From positions 1 to 42,450 of the forward strand of contig JAHXGO010000003.1 of NCBI GenBank assembly GCA_019923695.1: 42,450 bases of DNA, given 5' to 3'. Both the position numbers and the translations under genes were made by a program. Below, piece after piece: positions 1-8,282 of this stretch. Position 1 is the stretch's first letter. Every line of letters starts with the position of its first letter. The notes under the pieces were generated by a model. It was not told the DNA's origin. It was given only the letters and a program-made list of their open reading frames with translations, and made no database searches. This DNA comes from Candidatus Liptonbacteria bacterium. GTDB taxonomy: Bacteria; Patescibacteriota; Minisyncoccia; UBA6257; Colwellbacteraceae.

Positions 1-1
1 A

Positions 2-292
2 AAAGGAGGAGACAGATTTTTTGATGAAATAGAACCCTATCTTTGTTTTGTCGCTATTTTTTTACTTGGTCATCCGGGATGGATTTTTTATATTTTATCT
101 TTGATTATTTTATATTTAATTATGCATTTATTTTATTATTTTAAGGGGCTTGTTTTAAGTAAGTCGGGGGGAACACAAAACATCAGAATCCCTCTTTATA
201 ATTTATGGCTTCCTTTGGCGTTATTTGTTTTATTAATGAATCATTTTTTACTTTCAAGGTTTTTCTTTTGGGATCTTCTTTCGTTTAATTAA
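2..292 (+). CDS. 3' part of a polytopic membrane protein, probably an A24-family prepilin peptidase (5' end outside window)
   Basis: Frame is open from nt 2 (KGGDRFFDE...IPLYNLWLPLALFVLL...SFN*). A GGD motif, hydrophobic helices and an IPxxxxLxLA tail resemble the second catalytic-Asp region and C-terminus of PilD-type peptidases. It lies directly upstream of pilB/pilC. Confidence 0.4.
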   Translation, partial: KGGDRFFDEIEPYLCFVAIFLLGHPGWIFYILSLIILYLIMHLFYYFKGLVLSKSGGTQNIRIPLYNLWLPLALFVLLMNHFLLSRFFFWDLLSFN

Positions 293-394
293 AGCGCAAG
301 AAAGGATATTAAGGTCTTGTCATTTTTGTAGCGAGCGGCGCTTTGTTTGGCATATTGAACATTTTGTTTACTATAGCGAGATACAACGCTTTGC

Positions 395-432
395 CGCTAT
401 GACGCATCATAGCGCTATGCTATAGCATAGCG
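395..432. repeat. Two abutting palindromes: CGCTATGAcgcaTCATAGCG (395-414) and the perfect 20-nt palindrome CGCTATGCTATAGCATAGCG (413-432)
   Basis: Read directly from the sequence. Related copies occur at 6936-6955, 26780-26794 and 26884-26909. Confidence 0.85.
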
Positions 433-669
433 TCCATCAGACTAAAATTCGTTATAGATAGTTTTTGTTTTGGCCGCGTTTAATATTCGATTGCAAGCGC
501 GGATTTTCTTATTTTGAATTTTAGTTTTTGAGTTTTGGCTTTTGACAAAAACAGAGCATTACTATAACTTCTCTTTAGATTTTTTCTTTTTTATTCTATT
601 ATTTAATAATGAATCGCAAGGTTCAAAGTTGTTAATAAATAATTTGTAATCGCAATTATATTATTAGAT

Positions 670-2379
670 ATGCTTCAAGTTCCAAATGATATTTTAAAAG
701 ATTCTTTAGTCAAAGAAGGGTTTATTGATTCTGTTTTGTTTGATTCTTTGGCTTTTGAGAGCCAGAGATTTAACCAAAAAATGACGGATATTCTTGTATC
801 CAGAAACATTGTCACAACTTCTTATCTTATTAATTTTTTTAGCCGTCACTTTAATGTTCCTTTGGCTGATTTGGGTTTAAGAGGTCTTGATGAGAATGTT
901 TTAAAATTAGTTTCTGAAGATATCGCTCGGCAAAAAAGAGTTATTCTTTTTGGCAGAGAGCCGGATAACAGTTTTTCCGCGGCTATGGGAGACCCGACTG
1001 ATTTGGAAACCATAGAATTTTTGGAAAAGAATTTAAAATCAAAAATTAAACCGTATTTGGCTTCGGAGGATGACCTTAATAAGGGTTTTGCCGTATACGG
1101 AAAAAAATTAGCCGAAGAATTCAGGAAAACTATTGAAGTTAATATCTTTGAATCTTTAAGGTCTGGTAAATGGGGGACTGAAGCGGCGACCGAAGTCCCG
1201 ATAGTTGCCATCATTGATAATTTGATAGCTTACGCTTTTTATCTTAAATCTTCTGATATTCATCTTGAAATTTTTGAAGATGCAATTTTTGTTCGCTATA
1301 GAATAGACGGAATGTTAAGAGAAATTATGAGAATTTCCAAAGAAGTTCATTCAGCTTTGGCCGCGAGAATCAAACTTTTGGCGGGTTTGAGGATTGACGA
1401 ACATTTTAGACCGCAGGACGGCCGTTTTCGTCATAAAATAGGAGGAACAGATATTTTAGATATCCGCGTTGCGGTAATTCCTACTTATTACGGAGAAAAA
1501 GTGGAAATGCGTTTACTTACAGCCGCTCAAAGACCTCTTTCTCTTGAAGAGTTAGGAATGTTTGAAGATACTTCTAAGATTATTAAAGAAAACATCAGCC
1601 AAAGTCATGGGATAATTTTAGTTTGCGGCCCTACCGGTTCTGGAAAAACAACAACTATGTATTCTTTGCTTAGCATTTTAAATCGGCCGGAAGTGAATAT
1701 TGTCACCATCGAAGATCCTATTGAATATGATATTAAATATGTTAATCAAACCCAAATTAATCCGGCAACTGGCGTTACTTTTGCTAGTGGTTTACGGGCG
1801 ATTGTAAGGCAGGATCCGGATATTATTATGGTTGGTGAAATTCGAGATAAAGAAACAGCCGATATTTCAATTCAATCGGCTTTGACTGGACATTTGGTAT
1901 TATCTTCTTTACATACTAATAATGCTGTGGCGACTATCCCCCGGCTTTTAGATATGGATATTCAGAATTATCTGGTAGCCGCTGTTTTAAGAGCAATATT
2001 GGCCCAGCGTTTGGTTAGAAAAATTTGCGCAAATTGTATTTATTCAATAAAGCCTTCGGAAGAAATTATGGAAATCGTTTTTCAACAAATGAAAGAATCA
2101 GGCCTTGAAAAAAAGTTTAAACCGTTAAAGCTTATTTATGAGGGAAAGGGTTGTTCGACTTGTGGAGAAACGGGTTATAAAGGCAGGATGGGTATTTTTG
2201 AAGCAGTAAACATTTCAGAAGAATTGAGAAAAATAATTATCAGCCGGGATTTTTCCCTTGATGTTTTAAAGAAAAAAGCTCAACAAGAAGGAATGATTAC
2301 AATGTTTGAAGATGGGATTAGAAAGGTAGAAATTGGTTTAACTACAATTGACGAAATTTTAAGAGTCATTAAAGAATAG
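670..2379 (+). CDS. pilB: Type IV pilus / type II secretion assembly ATPase (GspE/PilB family)
   Basis: 569 aa. Walker A GPTGSGKTT, Asp/His boxes (MVGEIRD, GHLVLSSLHTN), C-terminal tetracysteine (CANC...CSTC) and an N-terminal T2SSE_N-like domain. Confidence 0.95.
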   Translation: MLQVPNDILKDSLVKEGFIDSVLFDSLAFESQRFNQKMTDILVSRNIVTTSYLINFFSRHFNVPLADLGLRGLDENVLKLVSEDIARQKRVILFGREPDNSFSAAMGDPTDLETIEFLEKNLKSKIKPYLASEDDLNKGFAVYGKKLAEEFRKTIEVNIFESLRSGKWGTEAATEVPIVAIIDNLIAYAFYLKSSDIHLEIFEDAIFVRYRIDGMLREIMRISKEVHSALAARIKLLAGLRIDEHFRPQDGRFRHKIGGTDILDIRVAVIPTYYGEKVEMRLLTAAQRPLSLEELGMFEDTSKIIKENISQSHGIILVCGPTGSGKTTTMYSLLSILNRPEVNIVTIEDPIEYDIKYVNQTQINPATGVTFASGLRAIVRQDPDIIMVGEIRDKETADISIQSALTGHLVLSSLHTNNAVATIPRLLDMDIQNYLVAAVLRAILAQRLVRKICANCIYSIKPSEEIMEIVFQQMKESGLEKKFKPLKLIYEGKGCSTCGETGYKGRMGIFEAVNISEELRKIIISRDFSLDVLKKKAQQEGMITMFEDGIRKVEIGLTTIDEILRVIKE

Positions 2380-2436
2380 TTGTTTTGTGAGAATTATTGC
2401 AGTTGAATTTTGTAAACTTGTAAGTCTTCAATTTCT

Positions 2437-2458
2437 AATTTTCAATGAATTTTCAATG
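2437..2458 (+). repeat. Perfect 11-bp tandem duplication AATTTTCAATG x2, followed by a degenerate third unit
   Basis: Read directly in the pilB-pilC spacer. Confidence 0.8.
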
Positions 2459-2515
2459 ATTCAATTTTCAAATTTAAGAAGTTTTTGATTTTATAATTTT
2501 GCGCTATTTATAGTT

Positions 2516-2544
2516 TTGATATATCGGACAAAATTTGCTATATT
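2516..2544 (+). promoter_or_regulatory. Sigma70-like promoter for pilC: TTGATA-17 nt-TATATT, with the -10 ending 6 nt before the ATG
   Basis: Hexamers and spacing counted by hand. No Shine-Dalgarno motif lies between the -10 and the ATG. Confidence 0.5.
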
Positions 2545-2550
2545 TTTTTT

Positions 2551-3762
2551 ATGAACTTTTATTATGTCGCTATTCAATCTAACGGGCAAACCGTGAAAGG
2601 ACATATTGAAGCTGGTAGTTCTGTTGAGGTTTTAGAGTGGATGGCGTCTCAAGGGTTAAAACCGATTTCTGTTAAGGCCTTAAAGGGACTTGAAATAAAG
2701 GGACTTCAATCAGTTTTCGGTCAATCAATTAATATTTCCGATAAAGTTTTTTTAACAAAATATTTAGCTTTGATGTTAAGAGTGGGCACGGATCTTTTTC
2801 ACGCAATTGATATTTTAATTTCTGATTTTGACAAAGCGGTTGTTAAAGCTTTTTTAATAGAAGTTAGGGAAAATTTAAGAAAAGGTCGGCCGTTTTATAC
2901 TACTTTTTTAAAGTATCAGAGTGTTTTTTCTCCGGTTTTCGTGAATTTAATAAAAGCCGGCGAATCTTCTGGAAGTTTGGAAAAAGTTTTTGGAGATTTA
3001 AGCGAATCCTTGGAAAAAGAAAAAGATTTAAGAAATAAAATTAAATCAGCCCTTGTTTACCCGATTATTCTTTTAGTAATGGCTTTTATAATTATGATTT
3101 TAATGGCGGCGTTTATTTTACCGAGAATTGCCAATGCTTTTGCTGAAACGAATGTTGACCCTCCGTTTTTTTCGAGAATTGTTTTTGGAGTTGGATTATT
3201 TATTGGGAACAATATTTTAATAATTCTACCTTTAATGGTAGGGGCTATTTTCGGGCTTTGGTATTTTCTTTTTAAGACCGATTTTGGCAATAAAATTTTT
3301 ACAAGATTTATTAATAAGGTTCCGGTTATCAGTGTGTTGCTGCAAAGAATAGCCCTGCAGAGGTTTGCCGCGACTTTTGCTTCTCTTTTAAAGGCTGGTT
3401 TACCGATTACCGAATCTTTAGAAACTACTGCTGACGCGGTTGGTTCGGAAGAATTAAAAAGCGCTCTTTTAAGGATTTCAAGGGAAGGCATTCTTAAAGG
3501 AGTGACAGTCGGAGAATCTTTTAGAAAAGAGCCATATTTTCCAAAAGTTGTGGTTAATCTTATAGCTGTTTCGGAAAAAGCTGGTCATATGGAAGAGGTT
3601 TTGGAAACTTTGTCGGATTTTTATACTTCGGAAATAGATTCTTCAATTAAGATGTTGGTCGCTTTTTTGGAGCCGGTGCTTTTGCTTTTTATTGGTTTGG
3701 TGGTGGGGGTTCTCGCAGTTTCTATTATAGCTCCGATTTATCAATTAGTAACCGTTATTTAA
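2551..3762 (+). CDS. pilC: Type IV pilus inner-membrane platform protein (GspF/PilC family)
   Basis: 403 aa with two GspF-type repeats and three hydrophobic segments. Adjacent to pilB. Confidence 0.93.
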   Translation: MNFYYVAIQSNGQTVKGHIEAGSSVEVLEWMASQGLKPISVKALKGLEIKGLQSVFGQSINISDKVFLTKYLALMLRVGTDLFHAIDILISDFDKAVVKAFLIEVRENLRKGRPFYTTFLKYQSVFSPVFVNLIKAGESSGSLEKVFGDLSESLEKEKDLRNKIKSALVYPIILLVMAFIIMILMAAFILPRIANAFAETNVDPPFFSRIVFGVGLFIGNNILIILPLMVGAIFGLWYFLFKTDFGNKIFTRFINKVPVISVLLQRIALQRFAATFASLLKAGLPITESLETTADAVGSEELKSALLRISREGILKGVTVGESFRKEPYFPKVVVNLIAVSEKAGHMEEVLETLSDFYTSEIDSSIKMLVAFLEPVLLLFIGLVVGVLAVSIIAPIYQLVTVI

Positions 3763-3784
3763 AATAAAAATTTTTTTATGAACG

Positions 3785-4798
3785 ATGATTGAAAAAAAAG
3801 ACAGGAAGGGACAATCATTGATGGAAATAATGATTGGCGTAAGTATTTCTGTTATTATTTTAAGTGGTTTATCCGACGGATTAACGGTGGCTTTAAGGTC
3901 TAATCTTTATGCCCAGCGGGAGGCAGTGGCAAGCGGTTTAATGCAGGAAATAATTGATATTGCCAATAATATCTCCAATGCTGACTGGAACAGAATTTAT
4001 AATTTAACTAAAGCCCCTTCGGCGCATCATTTTTCACCTAGTGGTTCAATTATTAATATTGTAGCCGGGACAAATGTTGTTTCTATAAATAATGTTAATT
4101 ACACTCGTTCTTTTACGGTTGAAAATGTTTTAAGGAATGCCAGCGGAGCCATTGTTTTAAGCGGAGGCAGTGATAATCCGTCAACTCAAAAAGTTACTGC
4201 TAGAATAAGTTTTCCTGTGTTAGGAGCAGCAAGAGAAATAACTTCAGTTGTTTATCTTACAAGATTCAGGAATCATTCTGTCAGATTTAGCGATTGGGTT
4301 GCCGGTTCAGGTGTTGAGGGTCCAGTAAACAGTTCGAATAATGGTTTTTCTTCATCTTCAGCCAATATAGTTTTTAATGTTAGCGGTCAATTAACAATTA
4401 ACGACACAATTGAAGGTAATTTGATTTCTTCAACTTTTGACACTGAAACCGGTACCGCTGGAGCGGGCTTAAATTATATTGTTTGGCGGGGAAGTTTAAA
4501 TACCGGCACAGTTAGATTTCAGTTGGCGACTGCTAATTGTCCAAACGGAGCAACTAATCCGCCAACTTGCAACAGTGGTGTTGGCTGGGGAGGAGCTAAA
4601 ACCTCGGGAGATGGCGCTTTTGTCGGGACTGATGGCACTGCAGGCACTTTTTATACAATGAGCGGTCCGGGAATAACCGCAAGACTTGGTTCCCATCACA
4701 ATAATAAAAGACATTTTAGATATAGAATACTTGTTTTAAGAAGCGGAGCTAATCCTTCGCCGATTATTGAAGATATTATAGTAAACTGGAGTCCTTGA
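3785..4798 (+). CDS. Large prepilin-type N-terminal cleavage/methylation domain protein (minor pilin / pseudopilin-like)
   Basis: N-terminus RKG|QSLMEIMIGVSISVIIL matches a class III signal: G at -1, E at +5, then a hydrophobic helix. The C-terminal ~300 aa is unassigned and ends in FRYRILVLRSGANPSPIIEDIIVNWSP. Confidence 0.7.
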   Translation: MIEKKDRKGQSLMEIMIGVSISVIILSGLSDGLTVALRSNLYAQREAVASGLMQEIIDIANNISNADWNRIYNLTKAPSAHHFSPSGSIINIVAGTNVVSINNVNYTRSFTVENVLRNASGAIVLSGGSDNPSTQKVTARISFPVLGAAREITSVVYLTRFRNHSVRFSDWVAGSGVEGPVNSSNNGFSSSSANIVFNVSGQLTINDTIEGNLISSTFDTETGTAGAGLNYIVWRGSLNTGTVRFQLATANCPNGATNPPTCNSGVGWGGAKTSGDGAFVGTDGTAGTFYTMSGPGITARLGSHHNNKRHFRYRILVLRSGANPSPIIEDIIVNWSP

Positions 4799-4833
4799 CC
4801 GAATGTATATAAGATTATTAAAACATTGGCAAA

Positions 4834-5307
4834 ATGAATATCTTTAAAAAAATACAAATTTTAGCGAAAAATAATAATGGAGTTGTTGCTTTAGCCGCAA
4901 TTTTATCAATTTCTTTTATAACTGCTAATATAATTGTTTCTTTGCTTATAGTTTCTTTGTTGTTTGCCCAAGGCAATCTTGAAAGGCGTTTGGCTGTTGG
5001 GGCTTTATCAAGCGCCAGAAGCGGTATAAACGACGCGATTTATCGGGTTGTTTTAGGAGATGATTTAAGCCTTTGTACTGTGGCCAATCCGTGTCTTTTA
5101 GAGACTGAAGGTAATAGTCGGGCGCGTGTTTCTGTGGAAAGGGACCCGGCGGATTTAGGGTCATGCGGCGTTGTCTGGGGATGTTTATTTAGAATTCGTT
5201 CAGTCGGTGAATTGCAAAACACTCGTCGTCGTTTGGAAGTTATTTTAGAAGTTGGCGATCTTTCCAGAGAGATTAGGGTTCGCTCTTTTAGGGAAATTGT
5301 GGTTTAA
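4834..5307 (+). CDS. Hypothetical membrane-anchored pilus-associated protein (PilX-N-like N-terminus)
   Basis: 157 aa with an NGVVALAAILSISFITANIIVSLLIV helix near the N-terminus. Assignment rests on this and on position inside the pilus block; no catalytic motifs seen. Confidence 0.4.
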   Translation: MNIFKKIQILAKNNNGVVALAAILSISFITANIIVSLLIVSLLFAQGNLERRLAVGALSSARSGINDAIYRVVLGDDLSLCTVANPCLLETEGNSRARVSVERDPADLGSCGVVWGCLFRIRSVGELQNTRRRLEVILEVGDLSREIRVRSFREIVV

Positions 5308-5325
5308 TTAAAGTATCTAAATAAA

Positions 5326-6918
5326 ATGGAGGCATTTAAAAAAGTTCAAAAAGTTTTAAGAATTTTTGGCCAGTTAAAATCAGCCGGCGGTTTGATTATT
5401 TCTGATTCCGGTTTAAAATATGTGAAAATAAGCGATAATGGCTTAATTAAGTTTTCTCTTCGTCTGCCGCCAAATATCATAGAAGAAGGGAAGATAAAAG
5501 ACCGCAAAATAGCTCTTGAGGCTTTTAAACAACTCAAAAATTATATTGAGCCGAAGCCGCGGAAAAAAGTTGATGTTGTTGTTTCTTTGGGGAATAATCT
5601 TGTTTATCCGCAGGTTTTCTTTTTACCGCATCTTTCAGACAAACTTCTTAATGAAGCGGCAGATCTTAATATGCAGATGATTTCTCCGATTGATATTAAA
5701 CAAGCTTATTCTGCTTATCAGATTATTGGTTCTTTTGCGGGGAATAATCATCAAATTGATTTATTAGCGGCTTTTGTGCAATCAAACGTTGTTGATGATT
5801 TTGTCAATTTACTTAAAGAAGCGGATTTTAGCATAGCGGCAGTTGAGTTCCAGAGTCTTAGTTTAGTCAGGGCGTTGGATCATCTTAAACAACTTGACCA
5901 AGGGCTTGGTTATATTACTTTAGTAGTTTCTGCTGAAGGCCTTGATTTTGCCATTATTAAAAATAATAGTCTTTATTTTGATTATTTTTCTTCTTGGAAA
6001 TCGATTTTGGGCGAAGACCGCCGTATTCCTTTTGAAAAAGCGGAACAACTCATTATTAGTGAATTGGAAAGAGTGATGAATTTTTATTCTTTTCGCTTTG
6101 CGACCGAAGGACAATCTGCGTTGAAAGAACAGCCCATAACTAATGGGCAATCTATTATCAACGGGCAACCTATGACTGAAGGACAACTTAGCGGAAAGGC
6201 CAGTCGTCTTTTTTTATTAACTCAAGGACTGACCGAAGAAATTAAAGAAATTATCAAGAAAAAATTTAAAAATCTTCAAGTAGAAGAAGTAGTTGTAAAT
6301 AATCAGAAATTTTATCCTGGTTGGATTGAAGCATTAGGCGCCGCCGTCAGAGGCGATATGCCGCGTTCAAAAGACAGTTTTATTACTTTTGGCGCAGTTT
6401 CTGTTCTTGAGGAATATCATCATAATCAAGTTTTAAATATGGCAATTTTTTGGAGAAATGTTTTTGTGGCGGTTTCTTTATTTTTCTTTTTAGTTTTTTC
6501 TTTTAGTTTTGTTTTTTTTAGGAATATTTACGCTAATTTAGAAACTGTTCAAAAAGCTCCTATGAGCGTTTCCGAGGTTGAAGAATTTAATCATTTAAAA
6601 CAATACGCCAAAGATTTTAATAGCGCTGTGAAGTTGATTGGTGAAATTAAAGGCAAGGAAATATCTTTTTCGCCTTTTTTGGCCCAGCTTCAAAAACCAG
6701 TCGAGGATAATGATATCAGAATAATAAGAATTTTTATTAATCCCGAACAAAAGCAGGTTTTAATAAAAGGGTCAGCCTTGTCTCCGTCAGAGGCTTTTAA
6801 GTTTAAATCTGAAATTGAAAATATCCCTGAAATAAATAAAATTGATTTACCCTTTGCCAGTTTTATAGAAACTGGCGATAATCGAGTTAGTTTTTCTCTA
6901 ACCATTGAAACAAAATAA
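5326..6918 (+). CDS. pilM: PilM-like actin-fold pilus assembly protein fused to a TM segment and a PilN/PilO-like C-terminal region
   Basis: 530 aa. The N-terminal ~370 aa has PilM-like layout, followed by a TM helix (VFVAVSLFFFLVFSFSFVFF) and then a ~130 aa extracytoplasmic tail. Contains an internal NGQ/EGQ low-complexity repeat. Confidence 0.65.
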   Translation: MEAFKKVQKVLRIFGQLKSAGGLIISDSGLKYVKISDNGLIKFSLRLPPNIIEEGKIKDRKIALEAFKQLKNYIEPKPRKKVDVVVSLGNNLVYPQVFFLPHLSDKLLNEAADLNMQMISPIDIKQAYSAYQIIGSFAGNNHQIDLLAAFVQSNVVDDFVNLLKEADFSIAAVEFQSLSLVRALDHLKQLDQGLGYITLVVSAEGLDFAIIKNNSLYFDYFSSWKSILGEDRRIPFEKAEQLIISELERVMNFYSFRFATEGQSALKEQPITNGQSIINGQPMTEGQLSGKASRLFLLTQGLTEEIKEIIKKKFKNLQVEEVVVNNQKFYPGWIEALGAAVRGDMPRSKDSFITFGAVSVLEEYHHNQVLNMAIFWRNVFVAVSLFFFLVFSFSFVFFRNIYANLETVQKAPMSVSEVEEFNHLKQYAKDFNSAVKLIGEIKGKEISFSPFLAQLQKPVEDNDIRIIRIFINPEQKQVLIKGSALSPSEAFKFKSEIENIPEINKIDLPFASFIETGDNRVSFSLTIETK

Positions 6919-6935
6919 CCTTCATTTGTTTATAG

Positions 6936-6955
6936 CGCTATGATGTATCATAGCG
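6936..6955. repeat. Palindrome CGCTATGAtgtaTCATAGCG between the convergent pilM and pth genes (same family as 395-414)
   Basis: 28-nt match with 3 mismatches to the reverse complement of 391-418 (ATAGCGCTATGATGnnTCATAGCGG). Confidence 0.8.
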
Positions 6956-7031
6956 GGAGTAATCTAAATTAAAGGAGTTTTATTTTTATAGTTAAGTTTT
7001 ACGGCAAGTTATAAGACTTTTTTTACGAAAC

Positions 7032-7637
7032 TTATAAGATATTTTCACGAGGCAAGTTTATTTTTTCAAAAACCTCTTTTATTTTTTTTTGGTCAGTAGG
7101 AGTTATTTTTTTTAAAACGAATTCGCCCGCTTTTGCTCGAATTTTTTCTTTTTCTTTTGCTCTGACGCCGAGACGCAATCGCCAGAAAGATTTTGTTTTT
7201 AACGAAGAAATAATAGACTCGACTCCTTTATGGCCGGCGCTTGAGCGTCCAAAACTAAGTTTATATTTTCCCAATTCAATATCGGAGTCATCGTGAGCGA
7301 CTAAAACTTCTTCGGGTTCGATTTTTTTGTTGTTGGAAAAATATTTCATCGCTTCTTTGGTTGCCTTGCCGGATTGGTTCATAAAGGTCAGAGGCTTTAT
7401 GAAAACTAATCCATCAATATTTAAATATTCAAAATAATTCATCTTTTTAAATTTTGGTTTATCATTTTGATTTTTAATATTCAATATCTGATTTATAAAC
7501 AAAATGCCGACATTGTGATAAGTGTTTTCGTATTCTTTGTCGGGATTGCCTAAACCGATTATAATTTTCAAGTTTTTTTGATGAGCGGCGCGCTGTTTGA
7601 TGTTTCGAGAATTTGTTTTGCTGTCCATCTTGTTCAT
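7032..7637 (-). CDS. pth: Peptidyl-tRNA hydrolase
   Basis: IIGLGNPDKEYENTYHNVG motif; a ~25 aa basic N-terminal extension precedes it. Confidence 0.92.
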   Translation of the reverse strand: MNKMDSKTNSRNIKQRAAHQKNLKIIIGLGNPDKEYENTYHNVGILFINQILNIKNQNDKPKFKKMNYFEYLNIDGLVFIKPLTFMNQSGKATKEAMKYFSNNKKIEPEEVLVAHDDSDIELGKYKLSFGRSSAGHKGVESIISSLKTKSFWRLRLGVRAKEKEKIRAKAGEFVLKKITPTDQKKIKEVFEKINLPRENIL

Positions 7638-7761
7638 TTTAAATTTTTGTATTAAAATATGTTTGTTAGATTGTATTGAATTTTCGATTCACTGTAAGGA
7701 TAATTCTTTAAGGGGTGGCCGGTCAACATTATTTTAAAAAAGACATAAAAAAACAACATAA

Positions 7762-8280
7762 ATGAAGCAGTATTTATTAGCGGTCAAAGAGGTATTTGGA
7801 ATTTTTTTTGTAGCGTTTTTGTCAGTTTTTCTTATTCATCAGTTTTTGGCCCAGCCATTTTTAGTTCAAGGAGCTAGTATGGAGCCGAATTTTAAAAACG
7901 GGGGCTATCTTTTGGTTGACAGAGTTTCTTATCGTTTTAAAGAGCCGGAAAAAGGAGATGTCATTATTTTTCGTTATCCTCAAAATAGGTCTTTGTTTTA
8001 TATTAAAAGAATTGTTGGTTTGCCCGGCGAAAAAATAGAAATTAAAGGAGGGGATTTATTTGTTAATAATAATCTTTTAGAAGAAGAATATTTAAAACCA
8101 GGCACTGAAACTTCTTTTTTTTCGGTTGATAAATTTATTTTAGGCAAGGACCAATATTTTGTTTTGGGAGATAACCGCCCTTTCAGCTTTGATTCAAGGA
8201 GGTGGGGGCCGATTAATGAGAAAGATATTATTGGCGTTGTTAGAGTTCGTTTTTGGCCGAGATTAAGTTTTTTCTTTTAA
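7762..8280 (+). CDS. lepB: Signal peptidase I
   Basis: Catalytic Ser box GASMEPN, Lys box YIKRIVGLPGE and GDNRPFSFDSRRWG. Confidence 0.93.
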   Translation: MKQYLLAVKEVFGIFFVAFLSVFLIHQFLAQPFLVQGASMEPNFKNGGYLLVDRVSYRFKEPEKGDVIIFRYPQNRSLFYIKRIVGLPGEKIEIKGGDLFVNNNLLEEEYLKPGTETSFFSVDKFILGKDQYFVLGDNRPFSFDSRRWGPINEKDIIGVVRVRFWPRLSFFF

Positions 8281-8282
8281 AG

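Noticed and set aside
542-568. TTGACA ... TATAAC as the pilB promoter
   Set aside because: The -35 is perfect but the spacer is only 15 nt and the site lies ~100 nt from the ATG. Support is too weak to list as a feature.
846-1214. Antisense or overlapping ORFs inside well-supported genes (for example 846..1214-, 3057..3491-, 13016..13576-, 38188..38700+, 27266..27637-, 28376..28612+, 29166..29432-)
   Set aside because: Each lies within or opposite a gene with strong family motifs. They have low-complexity or odd composition and no motifs, as expected for shadow ORFs.
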